48,910 nt of DNA from an uncultured Rhodothermales bacterium (GCA_964466675.1 CAYXSE010000002.1:5679-54588), one strand, 5' to 3'. Positions 35,396-44,833 are shown, counted from the first letter of the stretch. The notes: generated by a model not told the origin, from the sequence alone. Numbers and translations are program-made.

Positions 35396-38272
35396 TCACG
35401 GAATGATAGCCGGAGTGGCCCCAAGGCCCGGCCCATATATCATGGCGTTCACCAGAAGGCGCTCTGTGCCCATGGTGCTTGCGCGGAACGTGGGTGGCGT
35501 CGCAAAAAGAATCACCTGTCCCTTCCCCTTCTGCTCCCTCGTCACCAGCGCGGAGTTTGCGAGTCGTTCTCCGGCCTCTGGCCACAACAGACCGCTCATC
35601 CGCAGGTCCATTTCTTGCCCGGCCGGCACAACGCTCCAGCCCACACGACTGGCCACAGCACCAGGAGACTCCCTGTAAGCCCCAGCGCGCATGGCCGCTT
35701 CTACGCCCACCTCGGACATGAACACCTGAGGCGTCGTGAAGAGGACCGGAAGCCTGCCGCCTGTACCGAAAGTCAGCCAATGTTTTTGGTCCGTCCTACC
35801 GGCCAGCATGGCTCCAGCGGGCATGAACATCCGCTGCCAGCGATCCAGGCGCTCTAACCCCTCCGCCGGTCGCTTGAGGTCGCTAGCCATACTCCACGGC
35901 AGTGAACTTGACATGGCCGCGGAGTGACTCCAGACGGAAGTCGAGTCTGGACCCATACCGTTCACGGCCATCCATTCCCGAAGGATGTGATCTTCATAGG
36001 TTTCAAGTTTTCCGATCACATCCCGCAACAAACGGACTCGGCTCAAAGAACTTTCCGATCCGGCAAGCTGCCCTGCCGAGCTTCCGACGGCGATCAACGT
36101 ACCATCCGCTTCAACCCATGTCTCGAGGGTACTGAGTGCCTGCGTAGACCACTCGGCCGAGGTGCGATGTGGAAGCACGATCACGTTGTACCGCCTGAGA
36201 TCAGTCCCGGGAGTCAACCCGTTCAGTTGCGTATGGCGGATTCCGATGCGATGGTCCAACATGTATCGCTGGGACCCTTGATCGTAGGCACTGATGCCCG
36301 GTCCAGACAAAATCGCAATCCGGGGCGGCTCGAGCCGCTGAAATCCGCCTCCTCCAAGGTCAGGCAGCTCACCCTCTCCGAGTCCCGTTGTGAGTGACGC
36401 CGCGGTGAGACCAACCGCGCTCGCTACTTCGGCCAACGTCTCCTCTAGATCCCCAGGAAACGACCTGTTGTCATTCCGGAGAACGACTGGCGAACCACGA
36501 GGCATTTCCACACCGCCCAGCTGAAAGGCCTTCATGGCCGCGCGCACTTCGACGCCCCGTTCCATGAGGCGCGCGGCGACCGACACCGAGGCATCATCGC
36601 TGCCATTGATCGCCCAGGCGACTGTTCTCATGGAGGCTTCGAGAACGCTATCTGCACCACCCCTTTCATCCATTCCGAGGAGCTCAGCATCAGGAGGAAG
36701 ACCCGATTCCAACGAGAGGGCCTCGAGACCATGCATCATCGTGATGCTCCAGGCGGTCACGTCATAAATGGTGGTGGTACCCGTTCGTAATATGGCTTCT
36801 CGCTCCCGGTTGACATATCCAGGAGTCAGCCTGGTGTCGAACTCAAGCAACGCGGCAATATGATGCCCTTCAGGCTGCCGGTTGGGGATGAGGATCGTTC
36901 CGACGGGGAGGCTGCGCTTTTGAAATGATAGACCGAATTGGTCCTTCCCGGAGGCTCGGAACTCCTTGGTAGTCCGGTAGATCTCGAAACCCTGAAGCTC
37001 CATTAGATCCAGGAAACCGTCGAGCCTGCTTCGATTGTCCGTAGGAAGAATCGCGAACGATCGTTTAGCGAAGGGTCCATCCGGACTGACCGCCAGGCGC
37101 CGTTCCGCAAGGACGTCTCGCCTCAGATTGGCGACGTTGGCCTGAAGTGTGCTGAGATTGGCCAGGCTGCTGACGGCTTGATGATGCACAGCCTCTCTGT
37201 AGGTGTGGATGGCCCCGCCGGGCCTCCTTACCCCATCTTCGGTGATTCTCGCCTGCTCGTACAGGATGCCGATAGCACCGCGAAGCGTTCCCCACGCGTC
37301 CGAGTAGCCGGGATACCAGCCCTCATTCCACTCCCCTGTGTAGTAGGCCCAGTTGTAGCGGTCGAAAGCGGCCGCCTGATCCTTCGCGAATCTACCATGC
37401 CATTCTTTGCGATTGGCCGGGATATTTGGATTGACCGGAGACCGCTGCGGCGAAAACAGGTAGGTGTCTTGAGAGCCCATCTCGTGCGCGTCTACGAACA
37501 GGAGCGGGTGCCAGGTGGATGCCTCCCGTATTCGCCCTGTGGCCTCGGGATTGACCCCCAGCGCCCAATCGCGATTCAGGTCGAAGCCGTAATGATTGGT
37601 CCGTCCCCCGGGCCAGTATCCGGCGTGAAGAGCCGACTGATCGTCGACGCTGGGTTGTGTACCCCTGTGTTCTGCAACCTGCTGAAGCCACCGGTTTCGG
37701 CCGTCCGGATTCTGCATCGGGTCTATCAGTATGACCAAATTTTGCAGCATGCTCTCCACAGCCTCGCCTTGCGCAGCGGCCAGATGGTGCACTACTGCCA
37801 GCGCCGCGTCCGATCCAGAGGTCTCGTTTCCGTGGATCGAGTAGGCCATCCAAGCAGTCCCGGGCAGACTTGAGATGAGGGCATCGGCATCAGCTTCGCT
37901 CAGGCCTCTGGGATCCGCCAAGCGTGCGAGTCCGGAACGGATCGTCTCCATCCTGGAGTGGTTTGCGGGCGACGTAATTATGGCGTAGTACAAGGCTCGA
38001 CCCTCGTGACTCCGCGCGTATTCTACAACCGTTACTCGGGAGCTACTCTCTCCCCAGGCCAAGACAGCACGTTCGATCTCGTGAGGAAAAGCCGCCCGCT
38101 CGCCAGGCGCAAAACCCAGCAGGGCCTCCGGCGTCGGAATGGTGGGATCGTACGATGTCCCCGGGAAAAACTCGACGTCGTAGGCCAGACTCTGCACCGG
38201 AGTGGGTTCGAGTTGTGCCATTGCCGTGCTAACCGTGAGCGAAATTATGCTCAGGAGTAGAATAGCCCTCAT
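35396..38272 (-). CDS. large secreted M14-family zinc carboxypeptidase
   Basis: Signal peptide MRAILLLSIISLTVSTAMAQ from ATG 38272; zinc-ligand context WMAYSIHGNETSGSDAAL (HxxE); FVDAHEMG later; ~958 aa. Confidence 0.85.
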   Translation of the reverse strand: MRAILLLSIISLTVSTAMAQLEPTPVQSLAYDVEFFPGTSYDPTIPTPEALLGFAPGERAAFPHEIERAVLAWGESSSRVTVVEYARSHEGRALYYAIITSPANHSRMETIRSGLARLADPRGLSEADADALISSLPGTAWMAYSIHGNETSGSDAALAVVHHLAAAQGEAVESMLQNLVILIDPMQNPDGRNRWLQQVAEHRGTQPSVDDQSALHAGYWPGGRTNHYGFDLNRDWALGVNPEATGRIREASTWHPLLFVDAHEMGSQDTYLFSPQRSPVNPNIPANRKEWHGRFAKDQAAAFDRYNWAYYTGEWNEGWYPGYSDAWGTLRGAIGILYEQARITEDGVRRPGGAIHTYREAVHHQAVSSLANLSTLQANVANLRRDVLAERRLAVSPDGPFAKRSFAILPTDNRSRLDGFLDLMELQGFEIYRTTKEFRASGKDQFGLSFQKRSLPVGTILIPNRQPEGHHIAALLEFDTRLTPGYVNREREAILRTGTTTIYDVTAWSITMMHGLEALSLESGLPPDAELLGMDERGGADSVLEASMRTVAWAINGSDDASVSVAARLMERGVEVRAAMKAFQLGGVEMPRGSPVVLRNDNRSFPGDLEETLAEVASAVGLTAASLTTGLGEGELPDLGGGGFQRLEPPRIAILSGPGISAYDQGSQRYMLDHRIGIRHTQLNGLTPGTDLRRYNVIVLPHRTSAEWSTQALSTLETWVEADGTLIAVGSSAGQLAGSESSLSRVRLLRDVIGKLETYEDHILREWMAVNGMGPDSTSVWSHSAAMSSSLPWSMASDLKRPAEGLERLDRWQRMFMPAGAMLAGRTDQKHWLTFGTGGRLPVLFTTPQVFMSEVGVEAAMRAGAYRESPGAVASRVGWSVVPAGQEMDLRMSGLLWPEAGERLANSALVTREQKGKGQVILFATPPTFRASTMGTERLLVNAMIYGPGLGATPAIIP

Positions 38273-38395
38273 CTTTAGTAGGTCTTTTTGTGGGTTGGAC
38301 GGGCTCGCAGCCTGTTCGATGATAAGCGTTTCTAGTTGAGTGGCGATGATCACCCCGGACTCGCTCCGATTCGTGGCGCGGAGCCGGGAGCGCTC

Positions 38396-39706
38396 CTAGC
38401 GAACGGTCAACGGCCGCGCGCTCACCGTTCCCCGCATCTCGAGAACCACGAAATACACCCCAGTTGGCAGCGAGCTTACATCCAGGCTGCCCTGGCCGTT
38501 CCGGAGGTTGGTCACGACCGCCGTTTCCCGTCCCAGCACATCAAACACCCGCACGCTCCCGTCGAACTGCGAAGCCCGAATGTAGATTCGATCGCTTGCG
38601 GGGTTTGGACTGACCGACCACTCGGGCTGGTCCGGAGGGACGGGAGTGGCTACTGCGGTCCCCGTTCCCATCACCGCCAAGAGTCGCTGCCACATTTGGT
38701 CGTGAAACTCAAGCGGGACCAGGCCGCCCGCGCGCGCCTCGCCCAGACGAACGACAACCAAGTCAAGACCCGGTGCCACGCTGACGAATTGACCTCGAGC
38801 ACCGGCCGCGACATAAACATCCGAGGGAGCACCGGGGGCGATGGGCCCCTCGAAACTCGTCGAATCCCCCGGCGGAATGTAGCTTGACTGGCCGTTCAGC
38901 CACCAAAGATATCCGTAGGACGGATTCATCTCCTGGGACGGCCGAGTCAAGGACTCCACATAGTTGGAATCCGCCAGGATCGGGGCACCCTCCCACACTC
39001 CGCCGCGCGCTACCAAAAGGCCAAAGCGAGCCGCGCTCCGAGCGGTGGAAAAGAAAAAATTGTTGAACAAGCGCTGGTCCCAATACCCATCGAAGCCAAT
39101 CGTCGACCCGAGGCGCGATTGCGTGAACGCGGTGATGTCCTGACCAGAAGCCGCCTCGACGACGTTCCTAAGCAAAGAATAGGGGGCGTTGTGATAGACC
39201 CAGCGTGTCCCGGGGTCGGCTCGATACTGTAGACATGCTCGAAGCGTGCACGCAAAGGCAACTGTCTCGTCGAGGCCTGTGGTCATGGTCAGTTGATGCC
39301 AAAGGGTGATGGCATCCTCCCGAGCGCTGGACGTGAGAGTCCACCGTCCCAGGTAGTCGCTCGTCGGATCGTCAAGCGACAACAATCCTTCGTCTCGGGC
39401 GATGCCGACCAGTACCGCCATGAGGCTCTTCCCCGCCGAAAACCACACCCAAGAACTGTCCGCTTCGAAATCTCCGAAGTACTGTTCCAGCACTATGCGA
39501 CCGCCTTGCAGGACCAGAAACGCCTTCGTGTCCTCAGATTCCAGCCACGAGAACAACTCCGACGCCGGCTCTCCATCCCAGCCTAGCTGCCCCGGATCCA
39601 CGGTCTCCCATGTTCCAGGACCGACGGGAGGGAAATACTGCGCCCAGGCCGTGCTGGAGCAGGTCATGATGACACCGAACAACAAGATGCAAGTTGACTT
39701 TCGCAT
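38396..39706 (-). CDS. beta-lactamase-fold serine hydrolase with a T9SS C-terminal sorting domain
   Basis: Signal peptide; SxxK motif in WFSAGKSLMAV. The C-terminal ...SPNPASDRIYI...LPTGVYFVVLE...PLTVR is a T9SS tail. Confidence 0.85.
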   Translation of the reverse strand: MRKSTCILLFGVIMTCSSTAWAQYFPPVGPGTWETVDPGQLGWDGEPASELFSWLESEDTKAFLVLQGGRIVLEQYFGDFEADSSWVWFSAGKSLMAVLVGIARDEGLLSLDDPTSDYLGRWTLTSSAREDAITLWHQLTMTTGLDETVAFACTLRACLQYRADPGTRWVYHNAPYSLLRNVVEAASGQDITAFTQSRLGSTIGFDGYWDQRLFNNFFFSTARSAARFGLLVARGGVWEGAPILADSNYVESLTRPSQEMNPSYGYLWWLNGQSSYIPPGDSTSFEGPIAPGAPSDVYVAAGARGQFVSVAPGLDLVVVRLGEARAGGLVPLEFHDQMWQRLLAVMGTGTAVATPVPPDQPEWSVSPNPASDRIYIRASQFDGSVRVFDVLGRETAVVTNLRNGQGSLDVSSLPTGVYFVVLEMRGTVSARPLTVR

Positions 39707-39864
39707 GACCTCCGAACGCTCGACCCCTCGAAAGTGTTTGCCGCTGGAAACTGGCGCCTTTTCGGCGGCGACGTGCCTCGGCTTTTGACCCGAATTGTTA
39801 GAGTTCCGTGATAGTTCCGTGGCCGACCAATACTACATTGTTGCTCTAAGCATTAGGACTTCAC

Positions 39865-40812
39865 ATGCGCACTCCATGGCTCGCGTCGATTCTCAGACTG
39901 GTCTTTCTGGGACTGTTGTCGACGGGCTGCATCGGGACAGACCTGGTAGGTGAGACGCTGGAAGACCTCGGGGATCCGCGGATCGAAATCACACCCGAGG
40001 AGCTCGCTTTGGAACTGGGAACCACGGCCTCGTACGAGGCCGTCTATTACCGGCCGGACGGGACCGTCGATGAAGCGGCAAGCTTCACATGGTTGTCGTC
40101 CGATGCGAACATCGCGACTGTCAGCGACGCAGGCTTGGTTACGCCGGTCTCGGTTGGGCAGGCCAGCGTGCGTGCCTCAGCCCGCGGTGTCGAAAGTGAC
40201 CCGGTGCTTCTGACAGTCGTGGAGGACCCCAATCAACTGGCCCGGGTGGCACTACAGCCATCCACGATCTCGCTGACGCCGGGCGTGACTGCCCAGCTTT
40301 CAGTCCGGCTGTTTAGCTTGGCAGGAGACGAACTTCCAGCGCGTGCCATCACCTACTCGATGGCGGACCCTGCTATCGCAACCGTGTCCGCGAACGGACT
40401 GGCTCGAGGCGTGGCCCCGGGCATCACCGGCGTGACCGCAAGCGTGGATGGAATCACAAGCACCGAGACCGAGATCCGGGTTCTCGGGCAGGAGCTCACC
40501 GGGACCTTCCGGGCCCGCTCCGGCACTACCTACACGGTAACCGGGGGCGTCACGCTGCAGGAGGACTCGGATGGGAGCGTGGCCTTGAAAATTGGAAGCG
40601 ATTTTGTCACGACCAATGGCCCGTCCCTCCACGTTTATTTGTCCACAAGCGACGGGGTGACATCGACCAGCGTAGATCTCGGAGCCCTTCAGGCCACGAG
40701 CGGCGAACAGGAGTACTCCGTTGGCCAGGGCGTGGACCTGACGACCTACCGGTGGGTCATCATCCACTGCGTTCCATTTAACCTCACCTTTGGCTCCGCG
40801 CAACTACGGTAA
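39865..40812 (+). CDS. lipoprotein with two Big_2-like Ig domains and a C-terminal DM13 domain
   Basis: Lipobox LLSTGC. Two repeats of the ...ATVSDAGLVTPVSVGQASVRASARG... type. The C-terminal LTGTFRARSG...GPSLHVYLS...YRWVIIHCVPFNLTFGSAQL fits the DM13 pattern. Confidence 0.7.
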   Translation: MRTPWLASILRLVFLGLLSTGCIGTDLVGETLEDLGDPRIEITPEELALELGTTASYEAVYYRPDGTVDEAASFTWLSSDANIATVSDAGLVTPVSVGQASVRASARGVESDPVLLTVVEDPNQLARVALQPSTISLTPGVTAQLSVRLFSLAGDELPARAITYSMADPAIATVSANGLARGVAPGITGVTASVDGITSTETEIRVLGQELTGTFRARSGTTYTVTGGVTLQEDSDGSVALKIGSDFVTTNGPSLHVYLSTSDGVTSTSVDLGALQATSGEQEYSVGQGVDLTTYRWVIIHCVPFNLTFGSAQLR

Positions 40813-40819
40813 CCCAACC

Positions 40820-41674
40820 ATGAGTGTCTTCAGGAGCATATTGTTGTGTGTGGCGCTGACTCCCCTTCTGGTGACCGATGCCTCGTCCCAGGCTTGGCCC
40901 CAGGCAAAGGGTCACGGCTTCTATCAGTTGGGTGTCCAGGCCGTGCGCGCCACCGAGTTCTATGAACCCGACGGAAAACTAGTCGACATCCCCACCATCG
41001 GTGACTATCTCTTCACCTTCTACGGGGAGCGCGGCCTGACCGACAAGCTGACCCTCCAGGTCTACATCCCCATTGTGGAGCGGATCACGCTAAACAGGAT
41101 CGTTGGCGAGGAGACCGGCTTCGTGTTTTTTGAGGGTGACGCCGTGACCGGCATCGCCGATGCGGATATCGGCCTTCGATATGGGATATGGAATAGTGGC
41201 GGCGCCGTCGCCAGCGTGGTCGTGCGACTCGGAATACCACTTGGCCAATCCAGCCAGGAGAACGGACTGCAAACCGGAGACGGCGAGCTTAACCAGCTTG
41301 TCGGGCTCGCCGTGGGCTATTCATTCTGGCCCATTCCTGCCTATGTCCAGGCAGATTTTGGCTATAACAACAGACTGAAGGGATATTCCGACGAACTGGT
41401 CTACAAGGCCGAAGCAGGCCGCACGATTGGATCCAAGTTTACCCTTATCGGTCGTGTCCGAGGCGTGCTGTCGCTCGACAATGGAATCGACGAACGACTC
41501 GGGGGCATGGGCGGGCTCTACAGCAACAATCAGCGTTACATGGCCTACGGAGCCGAACTCGCCTTCAGTCCCTCCGGCACCTACGGCGTGTCTATTCGCG
41601 GTGAGGGCGCCGCCTTCGCGCAGAACGTGCTTGCGGCCCCTGCCTTCGGCGTGAGCCTGTTCCTGAAGCGCTGA
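40820..41674 (+). CDS. outer-membrane beta-barrel protein (transporter-like)
   Basis: Signal peptide MSVFRSILLCVALTPLLVTDASSQA, alternating-hydrophobic strands, terminal ...FGVSLFLKR. ATG 40820 is preferred over 40790. Confidence 0.6.
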   Translation: MSVFRSILLCVALTPLLVTDASSQAWPQAKGHGFYQLGVQAVRATEFYEPDGKLVDIPTIGDYLFTFYGERGLTDKLTLQVYIPIVERITLNRIVGEETGFVFFEGDAVTGIADADIGLRYGIWNSGGAVASVVVRLGIPLGQSSQENGLQTGDGELNQLVGLAVGYSFWPIPAYVQADFGYNNRLKGYSDELVYKAEAGRTIGSKFTLIGRVRGVLSLDNGIDERLGGMGGLYSNNQRYMAYGAELAFSPSGTYGVSIRGEGAAFAQNVLAAPAFGVSLFLKR

Positions 41675-41906
41675 GTGTTGGCGCCGTTCCGAATGGGTCT
41701 ACAGGCTGGAAGGGCGGGAGTATCAAGGAGAACTGGCCTCCGCCGGGCTCACCTACGAATGCGAAATGGGATTTGGCTGGGGGGTTGACCTGGCGTTTCA
41801 CCAACTCGATTTTGTACGGACCCGGGTCGAACAGCTTGAGTGGATGCTTGCCGCTTTCGAACTCCTTGCCAGCCAGCGTAACGCCAGCGGGTAGATCGTT
41901 CCGCAC
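41592..41906 (-). CDS. possible small CDS or gene remnant (unknown function)
   Basis: GTG-initiated ORF. Its first ~70 aa are protein-like and Lys-rich (...LAGKEFESGKHPLKLFDPGPYKIELVKRQVNPPAKSHFAFVGEPGG...). The last ~30 aa are Arg-rich and antisense to the 3' end of the barrel gene (83-nt convergent overlap), so the true end is doubtful. Confidence 0.25.
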   Translation of the reverse strand: MRNDLPAGVTLAGKEFESGKHPLKLFDPGPYKIELVKRQVNPPAKSHFAFVGEPGGGQFSLILPPFQPVDPFGTAPTLSASGTGSRRRQGPQARSARRRRPHRE

Positions 41907-41985
41907 GGTTCTTCGCCCCCTCCACGACCGACTTCAGACATCTGGATGGCCGCCAATAAGTCCACCTTCAAATTCCGTTTTGACC

Positions 41986-43059
41986 ATGCTGAAGCTTCGC
42001 CCCAGCGCACTCTACCTCCTTCTCATAATTCTGGTTGCCCCCGTTGCTACCGCGCAGACGGGCGGCGGTCTGCTTCGGATCGCGACCAAAGACGCCCCTC
42101 CTTTTGCCCTGCGAGGCGCTGACGGGAATTGGGAGGGAATCAGCGTTGCGCTCTGGGAGGCGGTTGCGGATTCTCTGGGCCTCGAATACTCTTGGGAGGA
42201 GACAGACCTGCCGGGAATGCTCAACGCGATGGAACAGCGAACGCATGCCGCCGCCGTTGGTGCGTTGACCATCACTGGTGAGCGCGAGAAAGCCTTCGAC
42301 TTCACGCACCCGTTTCACATCTCTGGACTCGGGATCGCTGTTCAGAGAGGCCAGAGCGCCGGAATGCTGAGCAAATTGAGATCTTTTGCCTCGATTCAGT
42401 TCCTCCAAGTAGTGGGTTTGCTTTTCGCAGTCTTGCTAGCCGTCGGCGTGCTGATTTGGATCTTCGAGCGGAAGCGCAATCCCGAGCAATTTGGTGGATC
42501 GGCCGCTGAGGGCATCACGTCCGGATTCTGGTGGTCTGCGGTAACGATGACAACGGTCGGATATGGAGACAAGGCGCCCGCTACGCTGGCCGGCCGCGTG
42601 GTAGGTCTTCTCTGGATGTTTGTCGGCATTATTATCATCTCTAGCTTCACTGCAGCGATGACCACGGCCCTCACGGTCTCGCAGTTGGAGTCCGGTATAG
42701 ATGGGCCAGAAGATCTTTCTTCTGTTCGAGTAGGTACGGTGGAGGGGTCCACCAGTGCGACTTACTTAGACGGAAGACGCCTGTTGTATCGGGGCTTTAG
42801 CGATACCGAGGATGCCCTACTCGCGCTGGCGAGCAACGAGGTGGATGCGGTGGTTTACGATGCGCCGATCCTGCGCTACGAGGCCAACCGGGCATACCCA
42901 AGAACGATCCATGTTCTGGCGGCTGAATTCGAGACGCAGTACTATGGAATCGCCATCCCGGAGAACAGTCCACTACGCGATCAGATTAACCGCGTCCTTC
43001 TTGAAACGATAGACCAGCCGGAGTGGCAGGACATCCTCTTTAAGTACCTGGGCGATTGA
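41986..43059 (+). CDS. GluR0-type ligand-gated potassium channel (periplasmic binding-protein lobes split by a 2TM K+ pore)
   Basis: Signal peptide; S1 lobe (LRIATKDAPPFALRG...); M1 helix (VVGLLFAVLLAVGVLIWIF); pore with selectivity filter WWSAVTMTTVGYGDKAP; M2 helix; S2 lobe (VGTVEGSTSATYL...AVVYDAPILRY...). ATG 41986 is the start; the upstream in-frame extension has no signal peptide. Confidence 0.85.
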   Translation: MLKLRPSALYLLLIILVAPVATAQTGGGLLRIATKDAPPFALRGADGNWEGISVALWEAVADSLGLEYSWEETDLPGMLNAMEQRTHAAAVGALTITGEREKAFDFTHPFHISGLGIAVQRGQSAGMLSKLRSFASIQFLQVVGLLFAVLLAVGVLIWIFERKRNPEQFGGSAAEGITSGFWWSAVTMTTVGYGDKAPATLAGRVVGLLWMFVGIIIISSFTAAMTTALTVSQLESGIDGPEDLSSVRVGTVEGSTSATYLDGRRLLYRGFSDTEDALLALASNEVDAVVYDAPILRYEANRAYPRTIHVLAAEFETQYYGIAIPENSPLRDQINRVLLETIDQPEWQDILFKYLGD

Positions 43060-43090
43060 ACCAACGCCCCCCCTTAGATCCTCAGTCCCG

Positions 43091-44833
43091 ATGATTGCCA
43101 AACGATTCACGGCCCTCCTGATCCTGGTCTTTCTGCAGGTGGGTCCTTCGACGAGCTTCGCGCAGGAAGCCGATACGACCAGCCAGGTCGCCCTCACGCC
43201 GGAAGAAGCCCTCTCGGTCATCTCAGAGCAGACCTCCGTCGAGTTGGAGGAAATCCGATCGGACATAGCCGGGTTGGAGCGAGAGGTTCGGCGATCAACC
43301 GGTGAGGTTCAGGCGCTCGCCTCGAGCCGCCTAGACGCTCTGCGCAGTGACCAGCACGCGCTGATGCACCGCCTCATCGGTGCAATTCTAGACGCGGGGA
43401 AAGATTCCCTGAACACCGACGAGGCACGGGCGGCGGTTTTGCGCTACATGCCAGACCAGACCAACGCGCTCCGCTCGGACGTGATTCGGCTGCAGCGGGA
43501 GGGACGTCTCCTTCGTCAGAGTCGGGATGCGGTACCCACTGATGCTCAGTATGAGCTGGAACAACAGCTAGGTGAAGTGACCGCGGAAGAGAGCGAGGCC
43601 TTCACCGCATTGGCAGAACGGACCGCGCAACTGGAACGACTCGGCATGGCTGCGACTGAGTTGGTTGGCTATTTGGAAACGGGCCTGGAGGTGCGGGCCG
43701 AGGACGTATCGGCGCGGCTCGCTCTCAATTTGAGTCTCCGCCGAGACATTGTGGCCGAGGCGGACGAATCCGGAGAGCAAAAGAGAGTATTGGACGCGCG
43801 CGTCTCGAGGGCAACTGAAGCTCTCCAGGTCACGGCCGGTCTAATGGACGAACGTAGTCTTGAGACGACCTCGTACCGCCGGCTGCTGATCCAAGCGACG
43901 GGCAACATCACCCAGGACATCCTCGATGCGGATGTTGCTGTCGGACTGATCTCCGAGTGGATGGACTCCCTCGGGGACTGGTTCAGGCAAAACGCGCCAA
44001 GCCTCGCCTTCAAATTGATACTGGTCCTTCTGATTCTGTTCGCAACACGGACAGTGGCAAAATTGACGGGCCGAGCGCTGGAAAGAGTACTGAGACTTCG
44101 TGCCCAGCCTTCGGAGCTGCTCCTTCGTACGGCTGTGTCGGTCGTCATCGGGGGTATTACTGCCGTCGGCGCGCTGATCGCGCTGTCACAGGTCGGAGTC
44201 GAGGTCGGGCCAGTGCTCGCCGGGCTGGGCGTTGTTGGCTTCGTCGTCGGTTTCGCCCTCCAGGGCACCCTCTCCAACCTGGCTTCGGGCCTTCTCATCC
44301 TATTCTACCGTCCGTTTGACGTTGGCGACACGGTCACAGCCGGTGGGGTTACCGGGACGGTGCTAGATATGACACTTACGGCAACCACGCTCCAGTCGCC
44401 CGACTTCATCAAGCTTACTGTACCAAACGGTAAGATTTGGGGTGGCGTCATCGAAAACAAAACAGCCAACACCTACCGCGCAGTGCTCGCCAACTTCCTT
44501 CTGGATCCGCGGGAGGATATCGAGTTGGTCTTGAGGCTACTTCTGGAGGTGGGCGCGGAAAACGAGAGTGTCCTTGGCGAGCCGCCGCCCAGCGCGACCC
44601 TGGTCGGAATAACAGAGAAGGGACTCAGCGTCCGGTTCCGGGCGACCGTACCGAAAGAAGGGTACCTGAATCACGTGGACTCTGTGCTGCGGGATGTCAA
44701 GCGACGTCTTGATCAAGCGAATGTCACCTTCGCCTACCGGATCCTGGAGCTGCCCCGCCGAGGGACCGGATCCTCGAAGTTTGAGACGCGGCGTGGCGCT
44801 GATCCCGGCGCGATCGATGAGACTGACGAGTAA
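43091..44833 (+). CDS. MscS-family mechanosensitive channel with a large N-terminal coiled-coil domain
   Basis: Signal peptide, ~280-aa helical region, TM helices, then the MscS core GFALQGTLSNLASGLLILFYRPFDVGDTVTAGGVTGTVLDMTL. Confidence 0.9.
   Translation: MIAKRFTALLILVFLQVGPSTSFAQEADTTSQVALTPEEALSVISEQTSVELEEIRSDIAGLEREVRRSTGEVQALASSRLDALRSDQHALMHRLIGAILDAGKDSLNTDEARAAVLRYMPDQTNALRSDVIRLQREGRLLRQSRDAVPTDAQYELEQQLGEVTAEESEAFTALAERTAQLERLGMAATELVGYLETGLEVRAEDVSARLALNLSLRRDIVAEADESGEQKRVLDARVSRATEALQVTAGLMDERSLETTSYRRLLIQATGNITQDILDADVAVGLISEWMDSLGDWFRQNAPSLAFKLILVLLILFATRTVAKLTGRALERVLRLRAQPSELLLRTAVSVVIGGITAVGALIALSQVGVEVGPVLAGLGVVGFVVGFALQGTLSNLASGLLILFYRPFDVGDTVTAGGVTGTVLDMTLTATTLQSPDFIKLTVPNGKIWGGVIENKTANTYRAVLANFLLDPREDIELVLRLLLEVGAENESVLGEPPPSATLVGITEKGLSVRFRATVPKEGYLNHVDSVLRDVKRRLDQANVTFAYRILELPRRGTGSSKFETRRGADPGAIDETDE

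Noticed and set aside
41773-41985. In-frame upstream extension of the GluR0-like ORF
   Set aside because: The extension has no signal peptide or homology value. ATG 41986 yields a canonical signal peptide (MLKLRPSALYLLLIILVAPVATAQ).
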